From NCBI GenBank assembly GCA_963784385.1, contig CAWARF010000004.1, positions 292,412 through 356,411 of the forward strand: a DNA stretch of 64,000 bases. The letters are read 5' to 3'. This DNA comes from an uncultured Acidobacteriota bacterium. Its GTDB lineage: Bacteria; Acidobacteriota; Terriglobia; Acidiferrales; UBA7541. The notes below the pieces were generated by a model. It was not told the DNA's origin and searched no databases. It saw nothing but the letters and a program-made list of their open reading frames with translations. This document shows positions 29,388-38,993 of the stretch, piece by piece. Made by a program: the position numbers and the translations under genes. The first letter of the stretch is position 1. Each line of letters begins with the position of its first letter.

Positions 29388-30890
29388 CTACAAGATCGGC
29401 GTGCAGACGGATTTTGTCTCGGTATAAAGATCAAGCATTTGGTGTCCCATCTCGCGCCCCCAGCCGGATTGCTTGTATCCACCGAACGGCATCGCCGGGT
29501 CGAGAATGCCATAGCAATTGATCCAGACCGTCCCGGCGCGAAGTTCGGCAGCGATCCGATGAGCCTTCTTGATGTCGCGCGTCCAGACTCCGGCGCCAAG
29601 TCCGTATGGCGTGTTGTTGGCCTTGGCGATCAGATCATCCACATCGCTGAACGGCATCACGGTCACGACCGGCCCAAAGATTTCCTCGCGCACAACCTTC
29701 ATCTTGTCGCTCGTGTTGACGAGAACCGTCGGCTCAACGAAATAGCCTTTTTCCCCGTGGCGTTTGCCGCCCGTAGCGGCCCTTGCTCCTTCCGAGTATC
29801 CCGATTCGAGATAGCCGCAGACGCGATTGAGCTGCTCCTCCGAGACGAGCGGACCGATCTGAGTGGTCGCATCCATTCCGGGGCCAATGCGGAGACTCGA
29901 CGCAATCTTCGATACGCCGTCGACGACGTTGTCGAACTGCGCGTCTTCCACATAGAGCCGCGATCCCGCGACGCACACCTCACCTTGGTTGAAGAAAATG
30001 GCGTTGGCGGCGCCGGGAATGGCGCTGTCGATTTCCGCATCCTGGAAGACGATGTTCGGAGATTTTCCGCCGAGCTCGAGCGAGACTTTCTTCAGGTTTT
30101 CGGCGGCCGCGTGAACGATCAGCTTGCCGACTTCCGTCGAGCCGGTGAACGCGACCTTATCGACGTTCGGATGCGCGGCGAGTGCGGCGCCTGCGGTCTC
30201 GCCATAGCCCGCGACGATGTTGATAACGCCATCGGGAAAGCCAGCTTCCTGGATCAGTTCGCCCAAAAGCAGCGCGGTGAGAGGAGTTTGCTCCGCAGGC
30301 TTCAACACCACCGTGCAACCGACCGCAAGCGCGGGACCCAGCTTCAGCGTGGCCATGACCATCGGGAAGTTCCACGGGATGATCTGGCCGACCACACCGA
30401 TCGGCTCGCGCAGCGTGTAGGCAAGGAATTTTCCTCCCGGCTGCATGGAAAGCGGAATCGTGTTGCCTTCGACCTTGGTGGCCCAACCGGCGTAATAGCG
30501 GAGCGTGTCGATCGAAATTGGTATGTCGGCCAAACGAGCCATGACGACCGGCTTGCCGTTGTCGAGGGATTCGAGCTGCGCGAATTCCTCGAGACGCTTT
30601 TCGAGCAGGTCGGCGAGTTTCCACATCAGGCGCGCGCGCTCTGATGGCGCGAGCTTGCGCCACGGCCCTTTCTCAAACGCCGCGCGCGCGGCGGCCACGG
30701 CACGATTGATATCTTCTTTGTCGCCTTCAGCCACGTGGGCGAGAACTTCGCCGGTGGATGGATCGTAGGTTGGAAATGTCTTGCCGGACGCCGCATCCAC
30801 CCATTTTCCGTTGATCAACAGCCGTCGCGGTTTCGCGATGAAGTTATTGACATTCTCGTTGACGGCAATCGTTTGCGTTGCAGTAGTCAT
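29388..30890 (-). CDS. NAD(P)-dependent aldehyde dehydrogenase
   Basis: Canonical motifs FTGSTEVGK, ELGGKSP and the catalytic Cys context FFNQGEVCVAGSR. Full length at 500 aa. Confidence 0.95.
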   Translation of the reverse strand: MTTATQTIAVNENVNNFIAKPRRLLINGKWVDAASGKTFPTYDPSTGEVLAHVAEGDKEDINRAVAAARAAFEKGPWRKLAPSERARLMWKLADLLEKRLEEFAQLESLDNGKPVVMARLADIPISIDTLRYYAGWATKVEGNTIPLSMQPGGKFLAYTLREPIGVVGQIIPWNFPMVMATLKLGPALAVGCTVVLKPAEQTPLTALLLGELIQEAGFPDGVINIVAGYGETAGAALAAHPNVDKVAFTGSTEVGKLIVHAAAENLKKVSLELGGKSPNIVFQDAEIDSAIPGAANAIFFNQGEVCVAGSRLYVEDAQFDNVVDGVSKIASSLRIGPGMDATTQIGPLVSEEQLNRVCGYLESGYSEGARAATGGKRHGEKGYFVEPTVLVNTSDKMKVVREEIFGPVVTVMPFSDVDDLIAKANNTPYGLGAGVWTRDIKKAHRIAAELRAGTVWINCYGILDPAMPFGGYKQSGWGREMGHQMLDLYTETKSVCTPIL

Positions 30891-31033
30891 CTGTCTTTTC
30901 CTTTCGCTCGGATCCGAGCCTCCTCAAAGGCCTTATCCGCGTTCGCTTTTCCTCTGCGATGGACGATCCTTTAAATACGCTCCGCCACGTCGTCAAGACG
31001 TAGAGCGCGCCCTTAGGACCCACGGTCGAGCGA

Positions 31034-32254
31034 CTAAAGGTGAAACAACTTTCGTGCGGTCTCGCCCAGGATGTTGCGCTTGGCCTGCTCGCTTAGAAAC
31101 GGCAGCCCGGCGATTCGCGCGGGCACATCGAAATCCCAGTGCGGCCAGTCCGAGGAGTACATCAATTGCGATTCGGCGCGCACGGCCTTGAACGTCGCCT
31201 CGAGCATGTGCGGCATCGTCACCTCGAGCGGCTGCGACGTGAAGTACATCTCGGCGATATATTCGCTCGGCAGCCGCTTGAGCAGCGGCGCGTCCGACTG
31301 GCGCATCAGGTATTCATGGTCTAGCCGTTGCATCATGAACGGCACCCACGCCAGCCCACTTTCGATCCAGATCAATTTCAGCTTCGGAAAGCGCTCGGGG
31401 AGACCGTTGATTACCCAGTTGGTCAGGTGGGTCATGTTGCAGGTGACGAAAGACATCGCATGGGCGGATAGAAAGCGGTTCATCGTGGACGTCATTGCGT
31501 CGCCCCAAGTGGGACCAGCGTGGAACCCGAGCGGCAGGCCGCGTTCCTCGAGTTCGCGGTAGACACGCATGTAGGCATTCTTGTGCACGCCCTCGTGGCG
31601 CTGGCTGCTAATCATGAAGCCAACCACGCCGCGCGTTTCGCCGAACTCCGCGATCATTTTCAGGCACGCGTCGGGATCGTGGAACGGAAGGCTTAGCAGC
31701 GTTTTCACGCGCTCCTCGCGCGGCAGGATCGTTTCGGTGAACCATCGGTTGTACGCGAACGTCATCGCCGTGGCGATATCCGGCTCGGGATGCAGGCCCA
31801 TTTCGAGCATCGGCTGCGGAAACACGACCTGGATATTGATCCCCATCGAATCCATGGCGCGGCGCACGAGGGTAAGGTCGCGGTGCTCGTCCGTTTTCTC
31901 AACATATTCCGCCAGCTCGGCTTGGTGCGGGATGCGGCCGAAGACGTCCTGAAACGTCATTCCGACGGAATGATTGCTGAACGCGACCTGGCGCGCGTTG
32001 GGCCAATCCTGCGTCATCGTCTTCGCGTTGTGCCGCAGGACGGGATTTTCGAGGCGGTCGAGAATCTCGCCCCAGGAATCGAATTCCACGTGGTGCGCGT
32101 CAACGTCAACGATGAAATAGTCGTCGAGATGATAGCGCGCGATGTCGCGGCGGGCGTTCGCGAGGATCTCGCGCGAGTCGGTACGCGTGGTGATCTGCTG
32201 CACCGCGTGTTCGGTAGCGGCGATCGAGCCGTTCAGAGTCTTGTTTGTTCCCAT
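31034..32254 (-). CDS. amidohydrolase-2 family metal-dependent hydrolase/decarboxylase
   Basis: DVDAHHVE near the N-terminus, a HAGP block, and a C-terminal YSSDWPHWDFD signature of the ACMSD/LigW-like amidohydrolase_2 family. Confidence 0.85.
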   Translation of the reverse strand: MGTNKTLNGSIAATEHAVQQITTRTDSREILANARRDIARYHLDDYFIVDVDAHHVEFDSWGEILDRLENPVLRHNAKTMTQDWPNARQVAFSNHSVGMTFQDVFGRIPHQAELAEYVEKTDEHRDLTLVRRAMDSMGINIQVVFPQPMLEMGLHPEPDIATAMTFAYNRWFTETILPREERVKTLLSLPFHDPDACLKMIAEFGETRGVVGFMISSQRHEGVHKNAYMRVYRELEERGLPLGFHAGPTWGDAMTSTMNRFLSAHAMSFVTCNMTHLTNWVINGLPERFPKLKLIWIESGLAWVPFMMQRLDHEYLMRQSDAPLLKRLPSEYIAEMYFTSQPLEVTMPHMLEATFKAVRAESQLMYSSDWPHWDFDVPARIAGLPFLSEQAKRNILGETARKLFHL

Positions 32255-32304
32255 GGGCCTGTCCTTGCCAGAAAATAGTTACACGACGACCACGGTCGTC
32301 GCGC

Positions 32305-32640
32305 TCATGCGCCGCGCGCGTGGCGGCTGCGATCCGGCGCTGTGCGAGAGAACCAGAGCGCCAAGTCGAATGGATTCAGATCATGCGCGCGCAGGAGGGC
32401 GCACGCCATTACCATCGCCTCGGTCGCCGAAACCGTCCCGTCAATCGCGGGGACTGTATCCGCTCCCGGCGCCGCATCTTCAACCATCGTCGCATAGAGC
32501 TTCACGGCGCCGCTCACTAGATCGGTCACGCCGACAGCCGGCAAGCTCGCCGCTTCACCAGCCTCGGCCGTTCGCTCTAACTGTGCGTGCAGTTCGACGA
32601 GAAGCGCGGACAACTTCGCCGCCTCGTCAGGCGGTAACAT
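32305..32640 (-). CDS. hypothetical small protein in the Rieske/amidohydrolase operon
   Basis: ORF overlaps the Rieske stop by 14 nt. Ala-rich helical composition. No motif recognised. Confidence 0.4.
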   Translation of the reverse strand: MLPPDEAAKLSALLVELHAQLERTAEAGEAASLPAVGVTDLVSGAVKLYATMVEDAAPGADTVPAIDGTVSATEAMVMACALLRAHDLNPFDLALWFSRTAPDRSRHARGA

Positions 32641-33004
32641 AAATTCCGTCCGCGCCCTCTTCCACCGCTACGCGAATCAACCGCGCCGAGGGGCGCCCCG
32701 GATGCACGCCGGTCCGGATGTCGTATTCGAATCCGTGCCACGGGCAGACGATGTGCAGCCCCGACTCGTCGAAAGTGAAACCGCGGCTCTCACCGCCCGA
32801 CTCGATCACTTCGGTGACGGGCGGGATGATCTTACCCTGGCAGACGGGCCCGCCTTGATGCGGGCAAGTATTTTCCCAGGCGTATAGCTTGCCCTCGACC
32901 CGGAAGATCCCGATGGTCTTGTCGCCGATGTCGACGACGAGCCGGCCGTCTTCTGGCACCCGTTCACTCGCCCCTACGAAGACCCTCTGCAACGTCACCG
33001 TCAT
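32627..33004 (-). CDS. Rieske [2Fe-2S] domain protein
   Basis: CPHQGGP (CxH) and CPWHGFEYD (CxxH) cluster ligands. ATGA overlap with the MFS gene. Confidence 0.85.
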   Translation of the reverse strand: MTVTLQRVFVGASERVPEDGRLVVDIGDKTIGIFRVEGKLYAWENTCPHQGGPVCQGKIIPPVTEVIESGGESRGFTFDESGLHIVCPWHGFEYDIRTGVHPGRPSARLIRVAVEEGADGIYVTA

Positions 33005-34416
33005 ATCTCACCAAAAGATGGCAAGCTGGTAGACACTTCCATCCACCTTTCGTTAACTTTCATTTTGATTTTCTGCCGCCGAATGCGCTGCCCGGCAGGA
33101 AGATTTTGAGCACTTGACGCCGGCGAATCGCTTAGGACCTGGGTCGTGGGTGCGCCAACCTCGTTTCGAGGACGCGGCATGGCCGCGAACGCAACCGCAA
33201 CGATTCCAATGGCGGCTATCACGCAGTTCAGCTCAAACGCCTGGGTGTAGCTCCCATAAACGTCGAAGATTTTTCCGCCGATGTAGCCGGCGGGTGCAGC
33301 GCAGACCAACGTCACGAGTGTCATCACTCCATTCAATTTCGGGAACGCCGCGGGACCGTAGTAGTGCGCGGTGATCGTCGTGATACACGTTAACGTCCAG
33401 CCGGACGCCACACCGTAGAAAACGGCGGCTGCATAAGCCACTGTCAGCGTGTCGGGTCGCACAATGATCGCGAAGTAAGAACCGACGAAATAGATGCTGA
33501 GGCCGATCGCGAAGACTAGACGGGAATTCATGACGTCCAGCAGCAACCCGCTGAGCCAGTGGCCGCCGATGGTGCCGATCGTAAACAGGCTCATTGCCCA
33601 GGCCGCGTCGGCCGAACTGATACCCGCTCCGCGCAGGCGCAGAATCCAGTGCGCGACGAAAAAGAAGAATGGAAATGTCGTGGCAATTCCGCCGATCGCG
33701 ATTAGCCAGTACGCGGAAGTTCGATAGGCCTGCGAGGCAGTCCAAGGATAGTTTGTCGCCAGCGCGTCGGTGCGGGATGGCCGATTCTGCTCCTCTTCCG
33801 AAATTCCGTCCACCGACTGCCCAAGGGATCGTGGGCTCTCTCTAACAAACAAGAATGCAAGGAGTCCGGAAATTATGCTCGTGCCCGCAACGATCTCCCA
33901 TCCGATACGCCAATTTCCGCCGGCGGCTCGGAGCATCTTGTCTAGAAAAGGCGAAACGGCAAAACCCGCAAAGCCAGGGGCTGAAAGAGCTATCCCCATC
34001 GCGCGCCCGCGATAACGCCTGAACCACTGGGTCACGGCAGCAGCTGCGGTAAACAGCGTCGAGAAGCTGATGCCGATACCGTTGATCACGCCGAAGGCAA
34101 TGAGATAGTGCCAGGGCTTCGACGCGTAAAGCCACATGAACAGAGAGCCGAGGCAAATCAGAGCGGAGCCGACAATAAACGTCGCACGGACCCCATACTT
34201 AAGGATGGACATCGCAACAAGCACTGACGCAAGACCCACGAACAGATTGATCAGCGTGAACCCGAGGCCCAAAGTGCTGCGACTCATCGGAATTTCGTGG
34301 ATCATGTAGCCGTTGATCACCGAGCCGCCGTAGTATGGAAATCCCATGTTGAAAAAAACGAGGGCAAAGAGAACCGCGACCAGTTTCCAGCCGTAAAATG
34401 GTCGTTTATCGGCCAC
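33001..34416 (-). CDS. MFS transporter
   Basis: About 12 hydrophobic helices. A RYRGRAMG-type loop between TM2 and TM3. 471 aa. Confidence 0.85.
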   Translation of the reverse strand: MADKRPFYGWKLVAVLFALVFFNMGFPYYGGSVINGYMIHEIPMSRSTLGLGFTLINLFVGLASVLVAMSILKYGVRATFIVGSALICLGSLFMWLYASKPWHYLIAFGVINGIGISFSTLFTAAAAVTQWFRRYRGRAMGIALSAPGFAGFAVSPFLDKMLRAAGGNWRIGWEIVAGTSIISGLLAFLFVRESPRSLGQSVDGISEEEQNRPSRTDALATNYPWTASQAYRTSAYWLIAIGGIATTFPFFFFVAHWILRLRGAGISSADAAWAMSLFTIGTIGGHWLSGLLLDVMNSRLVFAIGLSIYFVGSYFAIIVRPDTLTVAYAAAVFYGVASGWTLTCITTITAHYYGPAAFPKLNGVMTLVTLVCAAPAGYIGGKIFDVYGSYTQAFELNCVIAAIGIVAVAFAAMPRPRNEVGAPTTQVLSDSPASSAQNLPAGQRIRRQKIKMKVNERWMEVSTSLPSFGEI

Positions 34417-34695
34417 CCAGAATCTCCTCGACTAACACCGCCCCAGCTTGATGAATCTCCTAACTAAGAGCTGGTAAACACAATGATTTCAGCAGTTTCA
34501 AGCAGTCCGAATGCCGCGTAAGTATCGACGGATATGGCATTTCTGACGCTTTCTCGCAAATCACAATCAACGATCAAGCATGTCCGGTCACTTTGGGCGC
34601 TCGGCACGGGGCGGAACGCGCTGAAATGCTGGCCCATTCAAATACCACAGCAGTCGCTGCTCCGTTGTCATCCAAACTAAGTACAAGCGAAAGCC

Positions 34696-35017
34696 TTCCA
34701 ATGCTCCCCTCGAAAACTGGACACGTCAGTTCCTCCACGCTGTAGGGAACATGGGCGGGGAACACGCCCAGATCAATCCTCGGAGGAGAAGTGGCAGATC
34801 GTGCAGAAAGGCATCAAGAGCGGGAACGCGTCGGCGTCATGGAACCTTCCGAAGCTGTTCCATGGCTGGAAGGATGAAAAAGCAGGAAGCGAAGGCAGCG
34901 CTTGGGGGAAGCGCTGCCGCGGCCGTGGCAGCGCTTGGGGGGAAGCGTTGCCACGGCCGAAATCGAAAAGGACCATTGCACCCGGCAGTCGGAACGGACG
35001 CTGGGGCGGAAGTCGTT
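34696..35017 (+). mobile_element. relic of an IS3-family element (left inverted repeat plus a degenerate, truncated orfA)
   Basis: Aligns by eye with 52581-52900 of the intact IS (TTCCAATGCTCCCCTCGAAAACTGGACAC versus GTTCTAAGGCTCCCCGCTAAAACTGGACAC, and GAAGTGGCAGATCGTGCAG... is shared). It has lost the frame and carries a roughly 33-bp tandem duplication at 34895-34960. Confidence 0.7.
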
Positions 35018-35024
35018 CGTAATA

Positions 35025-35831
35025 TCAGCCGTTTGGGTCATGCTGCGCCAAAACCTGGCCCCCCTTGGTGGAATACGCGAACGTAAGGCGATAACCCTTC
35101 AGGATTTCTTTTGGCGCAATTGCGCGGAGGTTCTCAATCGTGTTCGAACCCAGCGTAATTTCACCATCGCCCTCCCAAATCTCGGTGCTGGCAAAGTCAT
35201 AGGCTCCGCCCGTAACCAGCTCGAATACCGCTGGTTTTACGCCGTTAAGAGCCGGGAAGTGTCGCGTATTGTGCATCGGTGGACCGTGCAGAGTCGGACC
35301 AGCCTTTGAGACCTGGCGAAGGGTAACAACGGAATGTGCAACTTCGCGGCTGCCCGCCGTGCATGTCCCAGCGAACTTGGACCCCGGTTCAAGCCTCGGA
35401 GTCGCCTTGCCGACAGCATAAGGACGGGAGATGTGGATCGACGCGAGCTTCTTGGGAAAGCCCTGAATCCAGCCGCGATACATCGCGAAATCCTTATCAA
35501 CCCATATATACACACAGCGGCTCGCAGGTTTGCCCTGGAACTTACAGCCCACAACGATGATGAATTCTTTGTATTGCGATTGAATCGGGTCAAGCAACTC
35601 CTGACAACCGTCCGAACACGATTGCCAATCGGCAAAGATCGCAGCGACTGCTCCGGGATCGTCCGCCGGTTCCAATTCCGTCGGAAGCAGACCGATCACA
35701 GCGTCCGGATTTGTGCGGTATTCCACGATCAGTAGATCGCCGCAGTAATGCCACGGTGGAGGCGGAACGATGCCTTCGGAACCGCTTGGCGACAGGGGGG
35801 CTGTATAACCCTTGGGATTCTTGCGTTTCAT
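35025..35831 (-). CDS. acetoacetate decarboxylase (ADC) family protein
   Basis: PPPPWHYCGDLLIVEYRTNPDAVIGLLPTELEP and YKEFIIVV ... MYRGWIQGFPKK fit the ADC-family pattern. Confidence 0.75.
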   Translation of the reverse strand: MKRKNPKGYTAPLSPSGSEGIVPPPPWHYCGDLLIVEYRTNPDAVIGLLPTELEPADDPGAVAAIFADWQSCSDGCQELLDPIQSQYKEFIIVVGCKFQGKPASRCVYIWVDKDFAMYRGWIQGFPKKLASIHISRPYAVGKATPRLEPGSKFAGTCTAGSREVAHSVVTLRQVSKAGPTLHGPPMHNTRHFPALNGVKPAVFELVTGGAYDFASTEIWEGDGEITLGSNTIENLRAIAPKEILKGYRLTFAYSTKGGQVLAQHDPNG

Positions 35832-35930
35832 TCGGCCTCTGTGAAATTCAGCGCCTGGAAAAGTCCGTCATACGGTCTAACGCAGCAACACGTGCATGGC
35901 TCGCGAACAGCAGCATCGAGGGCTTCGAAG

Positions 35931-37202
35931 CTAATAGGCCTCCCGAGGCAGAACTGGATCGGGCCAGGGCAGCGTTCCGATGCAGTCTGTATTGATGTCC
36001 TCAATCTTCGTGCGGCCGTTACTGCCCATCGTGATTCTCAGCTCGTGCTGGACGATCTCGAGGATCCTTTCGACGCCCGGCTGGCCAAAGGCTCCAAGAC
36101 CCCAGAGCACTGGACGGCCCATTCCAACCGCAGCGGCGCCCAGAGCAAGTGCCTTGAATACGTCTGTGCCACGACGGACGCCACCATCGAGAAATACCGG
36201 AACGCGACCGTTCACTTCCTTAACGATTTCCGGAAGAGTAGCGATGGTGGAACGGAACGTCTCTGTGGCGCGCCCACCATGGTTCGAAACGTGAACAAAA
36301 TCGATTCCGTGCTTGATGCACAGAGAGGCATCCTCAACGGTCACAATCCCTTTGATGCCGAACTTGCCCTTCCAGGCCTGGCGCATTCGATCTACATAGG
36401 CCCAATCGAACGGATCGCCCGGCGCTTTTCTATCGAATCCCTTGTCCATGATGTGCGCGTTACCAGCAGGGGGTTGATGACATGCCGAGCACGTCGTGAG
36501 ATCCTTCGGTACAAGGCGTTCCTCAGTTTCCGCATTTCGTCCGCCGGCGGCATCAACGGTCAGGACGATCGTGGTGACTCCAGCTGCCTCTAAGCGCTTT
36601 AAGAGAATTTCGCAATTCGAAAAAGCCGCCGGTGCGTAGATCTGCTGAACGACTGGACGACCGAGAGCCGCACAGCAATCTTCAACCGATTCCGAAGCGC
36701 TTGAATCCAACATCTGCATCGCGTTCCGCGTTTTGGCGGCCCGCGAAACCGACAGTTCACCGTCCGGCAACCAAACATTTCTCTGACCGCCCGTGGGGCA
36801 TGTGAACAGAGGCGAGTCGTATGTGGTACCAAATATCGCGGTCTTCATGTCTACTTTTCTTACATCGTACAGTCGGCGCGGGCGCAGGTAGAACTGATTG
36901 AAGCCTTCGCGATTGGCGCGAACCGTAGCGTCGCCGTCGACCCCGCCCGCTATATGAGCCCAGTGGCCGGGGAGTATCCTGCGGTGGGCGGGTTCCTCAA
37001 AATCGAAAACATCAAGCGCTTGCGATGGATCGGTGATCACGTCGGAGGGTGCGGCGGCTTGTGTCGCCGGCGAATTGGGTTCCTGAGCTTCGATCCCGCC
37101 CTCGGCTAAGAAAGCGGCCATCCCCCCCAGAGAGGCGATGACGGGGCTGCCCGCGATAAACTTCAGAAATTCCCTACGGCACTGAGCCTTTGTGATATTC
37201 AT
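35931..37202 (-). CDS. FMN-dependent alpha-hydroxy-acid dehydrogenase/oxidase family protein with a Tat signal
   Basis: N-terminus MNITKAQCRREFLKFIAGSPVIASLGGMAAFLAEG. TIM-barrel motifs VSNHGGRA and DGGVRRGTDVFKALALGA. Confidence 0.9.
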   Translation of the reverse strand: MNITKAQCRREFLKFIAGSPVIASLGGMAAFLAEGGIEAQEPNSPATQAAAPSDVITDPSQALDVFDFEEPAHRRILPGHWAHIAGGVDGDATVRANREGFNQFYLRPRRLYDVRKVDMKTAIFGTTYDSPLFTCPTGGQRNVWLPDGELSVSRAAKTRNAMQMLDSSASESVEDCCAALGRPVVQQIYAPAAFSNCEILLKRLEAAGVTTIVLTVDAAGGRNAETEERLVPKDLTTCSACHQPPAGNAHIMDKGFDRKAPGDPFDWAYVDRMRQAWKGKFGIKGIVTVEDASLCIKHGIDFVHVSNHGGRATETFRSTIATLPEIVKEVNGRVPVFLDGGVRRGTDVFKALALGAAAVGMGRPVLWGLGAFGQPGVERILEIVQHELRITMGSNGRTKIEDINTDCIGTLPWPDPVLPREAY

Positions 37203-37398
37203 AACTCGCGGGACTATACGACCGACTTATTTCAATTGCAAGATCGGGCGGTCCCTACAACTGAGTACAAGACTTCGGGGGAAGAATCCCGCACGTGACA
37301 CTCTTGAAAGGCGTCCAATCCCAAGTATCGTGGCCAAGGGGCACTGGACCGGCTTCGACGAAAAGTGTTATGCAATCGGCGAGCTAGAGAACAATTGG

Positions 37399-37518
37399 GC
37401 GGGCGTCGTACAACGGCAGTATAGAAGCTTCCCGAGCCTTCTCCAGCACGCCTAACGCGCTGAACTGGCGGCACTTGCTTCAGCGAAAATCGCCTTAGAG
37501 TTGGAAAATGATGGAAAA
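37399..37518 (+). repeat. repeat A copy 2 (tRNA-Gly-like 5' half + hairpin + TGGAAAA pair)
   Basis: See 15279-15397. The anticodon-stem pairing is degraded here (GAAGC/GCCTT) and the loop reads TTCCCGA. Confidence 0.8.
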
Positions 37519-37601
37519 CGGAGGGCCCCCAGCTCCCATTTTCTGTCACTCATCAGCTGCAAGAGAGGGTGTTTGGTTGAACCGTGAGACTTCGACTCAA
37601 A

Positions 37602-38118
37602 TCAACCTGCGGATTTGAAAATCTCGATCCAGCGCTCCAGAGTCTCGTCGTGTTGTTCGAGTCGTCCAATCAGATAACCCCTCAGTTCCTCGTGATAGCG
37701 CTGCCGACGAGTTTCGCTTCTCAATTTTCTCGATCGGAATCCTTCAACCCCGCCCTCTGTAACTTCGAGAGGATGTAGTCATAAGGATCAGGCACGAGAA
37801 GCCTCAGCCGTTCGAACTGGCCATTTCGGAGAGTCTCTCTTCGTATTCTTCCGGCAGGGTCGTGACTGTGACACGATGAAGATAGATCTTATATTTCTGA
37901 CGCAGGGCGGAGTCATAGCCTTCCTCCAGGTTGAAATCGGCTGGCACGGCCGTGTAATAGTCGATATCCCCGGTTGTGCGGAGGATTCCGTAATGAAAGA
38001 CGAGCGCAAAACCTCCGGTGCAGTCAATTTCGAGTGTTTTTTCTAATGCCCTGTCGATCTCGCCCAGGAAATCCTTCCATGGCGAAGGGAGGGACGCGCC
38101 GGATCTCTCACCGGGCAT
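37602..38118 (-). pseudogene. nucleotidyltransferase-fold (DUF6036-like) gene broken by two frameshifts
   Basis: Frame 1: MPGERSG...LEIDCTGGFALVFHYGILRTTGDIDYY...LPEEYEERLSEM (a GG-x-A...R-T-x-D-x-D NTase motif). Frame 2: NGQFERLRLLVPDPYDYILSKLQRAGLKDSDREN. Frame 3: KLRSETRRQRYHEELRGYLIGRLEQHDETLERWIEIFKSAG-stop. Confidence 0.5.
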
Positions 38119-38323
38119 AGGAAACCTGTTCCGAGCGCATGTCCGCCAGCAGATTCCAGTGTGCCGCGTCGGCGGTGCGATTCTTCGAAAGCCACTGCCG
38201 TTCCCTCTCGCTCCTCGGAGGACGGTAGAAAAAGCCTTCCTTCGCAAGGCGGCTCTCTTCGAGCATCTCTTCAAGCTTGCCGAGTTCCTTCGATCTGGTG
38301 TCTTCGCTATGACCCTCGGCCAC
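38108..38323 (-). CDS. small ORF upstream of and overlapping the NTase-like pseudogene (possible antitoxin-like partner)
   Basis: GTG start at 38323 and an 11-nt overlap with the downstream gene. Charged helical sequence (SKELGKLEEMLEESRLAKEG). No motif recognised. Confidence 0.25.
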   Translation of the reverse strand: MAEGHSEDTRSKELGKLEEMLEESRLAKEGFFYRPPRSERERQWLSKNRTADAAHWNLLADMRSEQVSYAR

Positions 38324-38338
38324 ACGCCGGTGCTGGGG

Positions 38339-38545
38339 CAGTTCCGCAGGCTCCTCAAAAAAGACGAATGAGAAGGACCAAAGGATTCTGCTGTTCATGG
38401 CGCAGAAGATGGCGCGCACCAGCCGGGCGCGGGCCTGACGATTCCCTTCCCCGCCGCTGTTCTGCCCTAATTCAACATAATCGATCCTTTGCGGAACTCT
38501 GTTCTCCGAAAATCAAGGCCGTCTTCGCACAAACGACCAGCAAGT
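38339..38545 (+). pseudogene. repeat B copy 2: frameshifted 3'-end fragment of an XRE gene plus downstream sequence
   Basis: CAGTTCCGCAGGCTCCTC...GATTCTGCTGTTCATGGCGCAGAAGATGGCG...GGGCCTGACGATTCCCTTCC...TCTGCCCTAATTCAACATAAT aligns with 16234-16435. A 1-nt indel creates an in-frame TGA. Confidence 0.75.
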
Positions 38546-38993
38546 CCGTCTCGAAGACCGGCGGATTCTTACGCTGAGGCCTGTCTAGATAAAGTTCAAG
38601 TACTGTGGATGGGCCAGAAGGAGACGAAACAGACTACGACCGGCTGCGATCTTGCCAGATTAGGAAACTGAGCGGTCAAGAAGGGACGCTCCCCACGAAA
38701 AGAAGAAATCGCGAGCTGTTTCCAAGCCTGTCATGGATGAATCGACACTGGACTCAGGTCAAGGCTCTGATGATAACCAAGAGTCAGCTTGAACGCGATA
38801 AAACGTAACGCGTGAGAGAGTTCGTTCGTGCGAAGTGCCCGATATACGTGATCGGACAGGTGGGGAATCTCGCTGACTCGCCAGAAGTCCGTTTGTAGGA
38901 AGCTGACCAACAGAGAACATCATGGCGTACCGTCAGAGGTTGAACGACTACTCACTCTTCCACCTGATCCAAGGCCCCGTGGAAACTGCCCAG

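Noticed and set aside
29097-30644. 515-aa plus-strand ORF
   Set aside because: It is entirely antisense to the strongly supported aldehyde dehydrogenase gene. Its composition is Arg/Ala/Gly-rich and low in information, which is typical of shadow ORFs in high-GC DNA.
35748-36593. 281-aa plus-strand ORF
   Set aside because: It is antisense to the FMN-dependent dehydrogenase gene.
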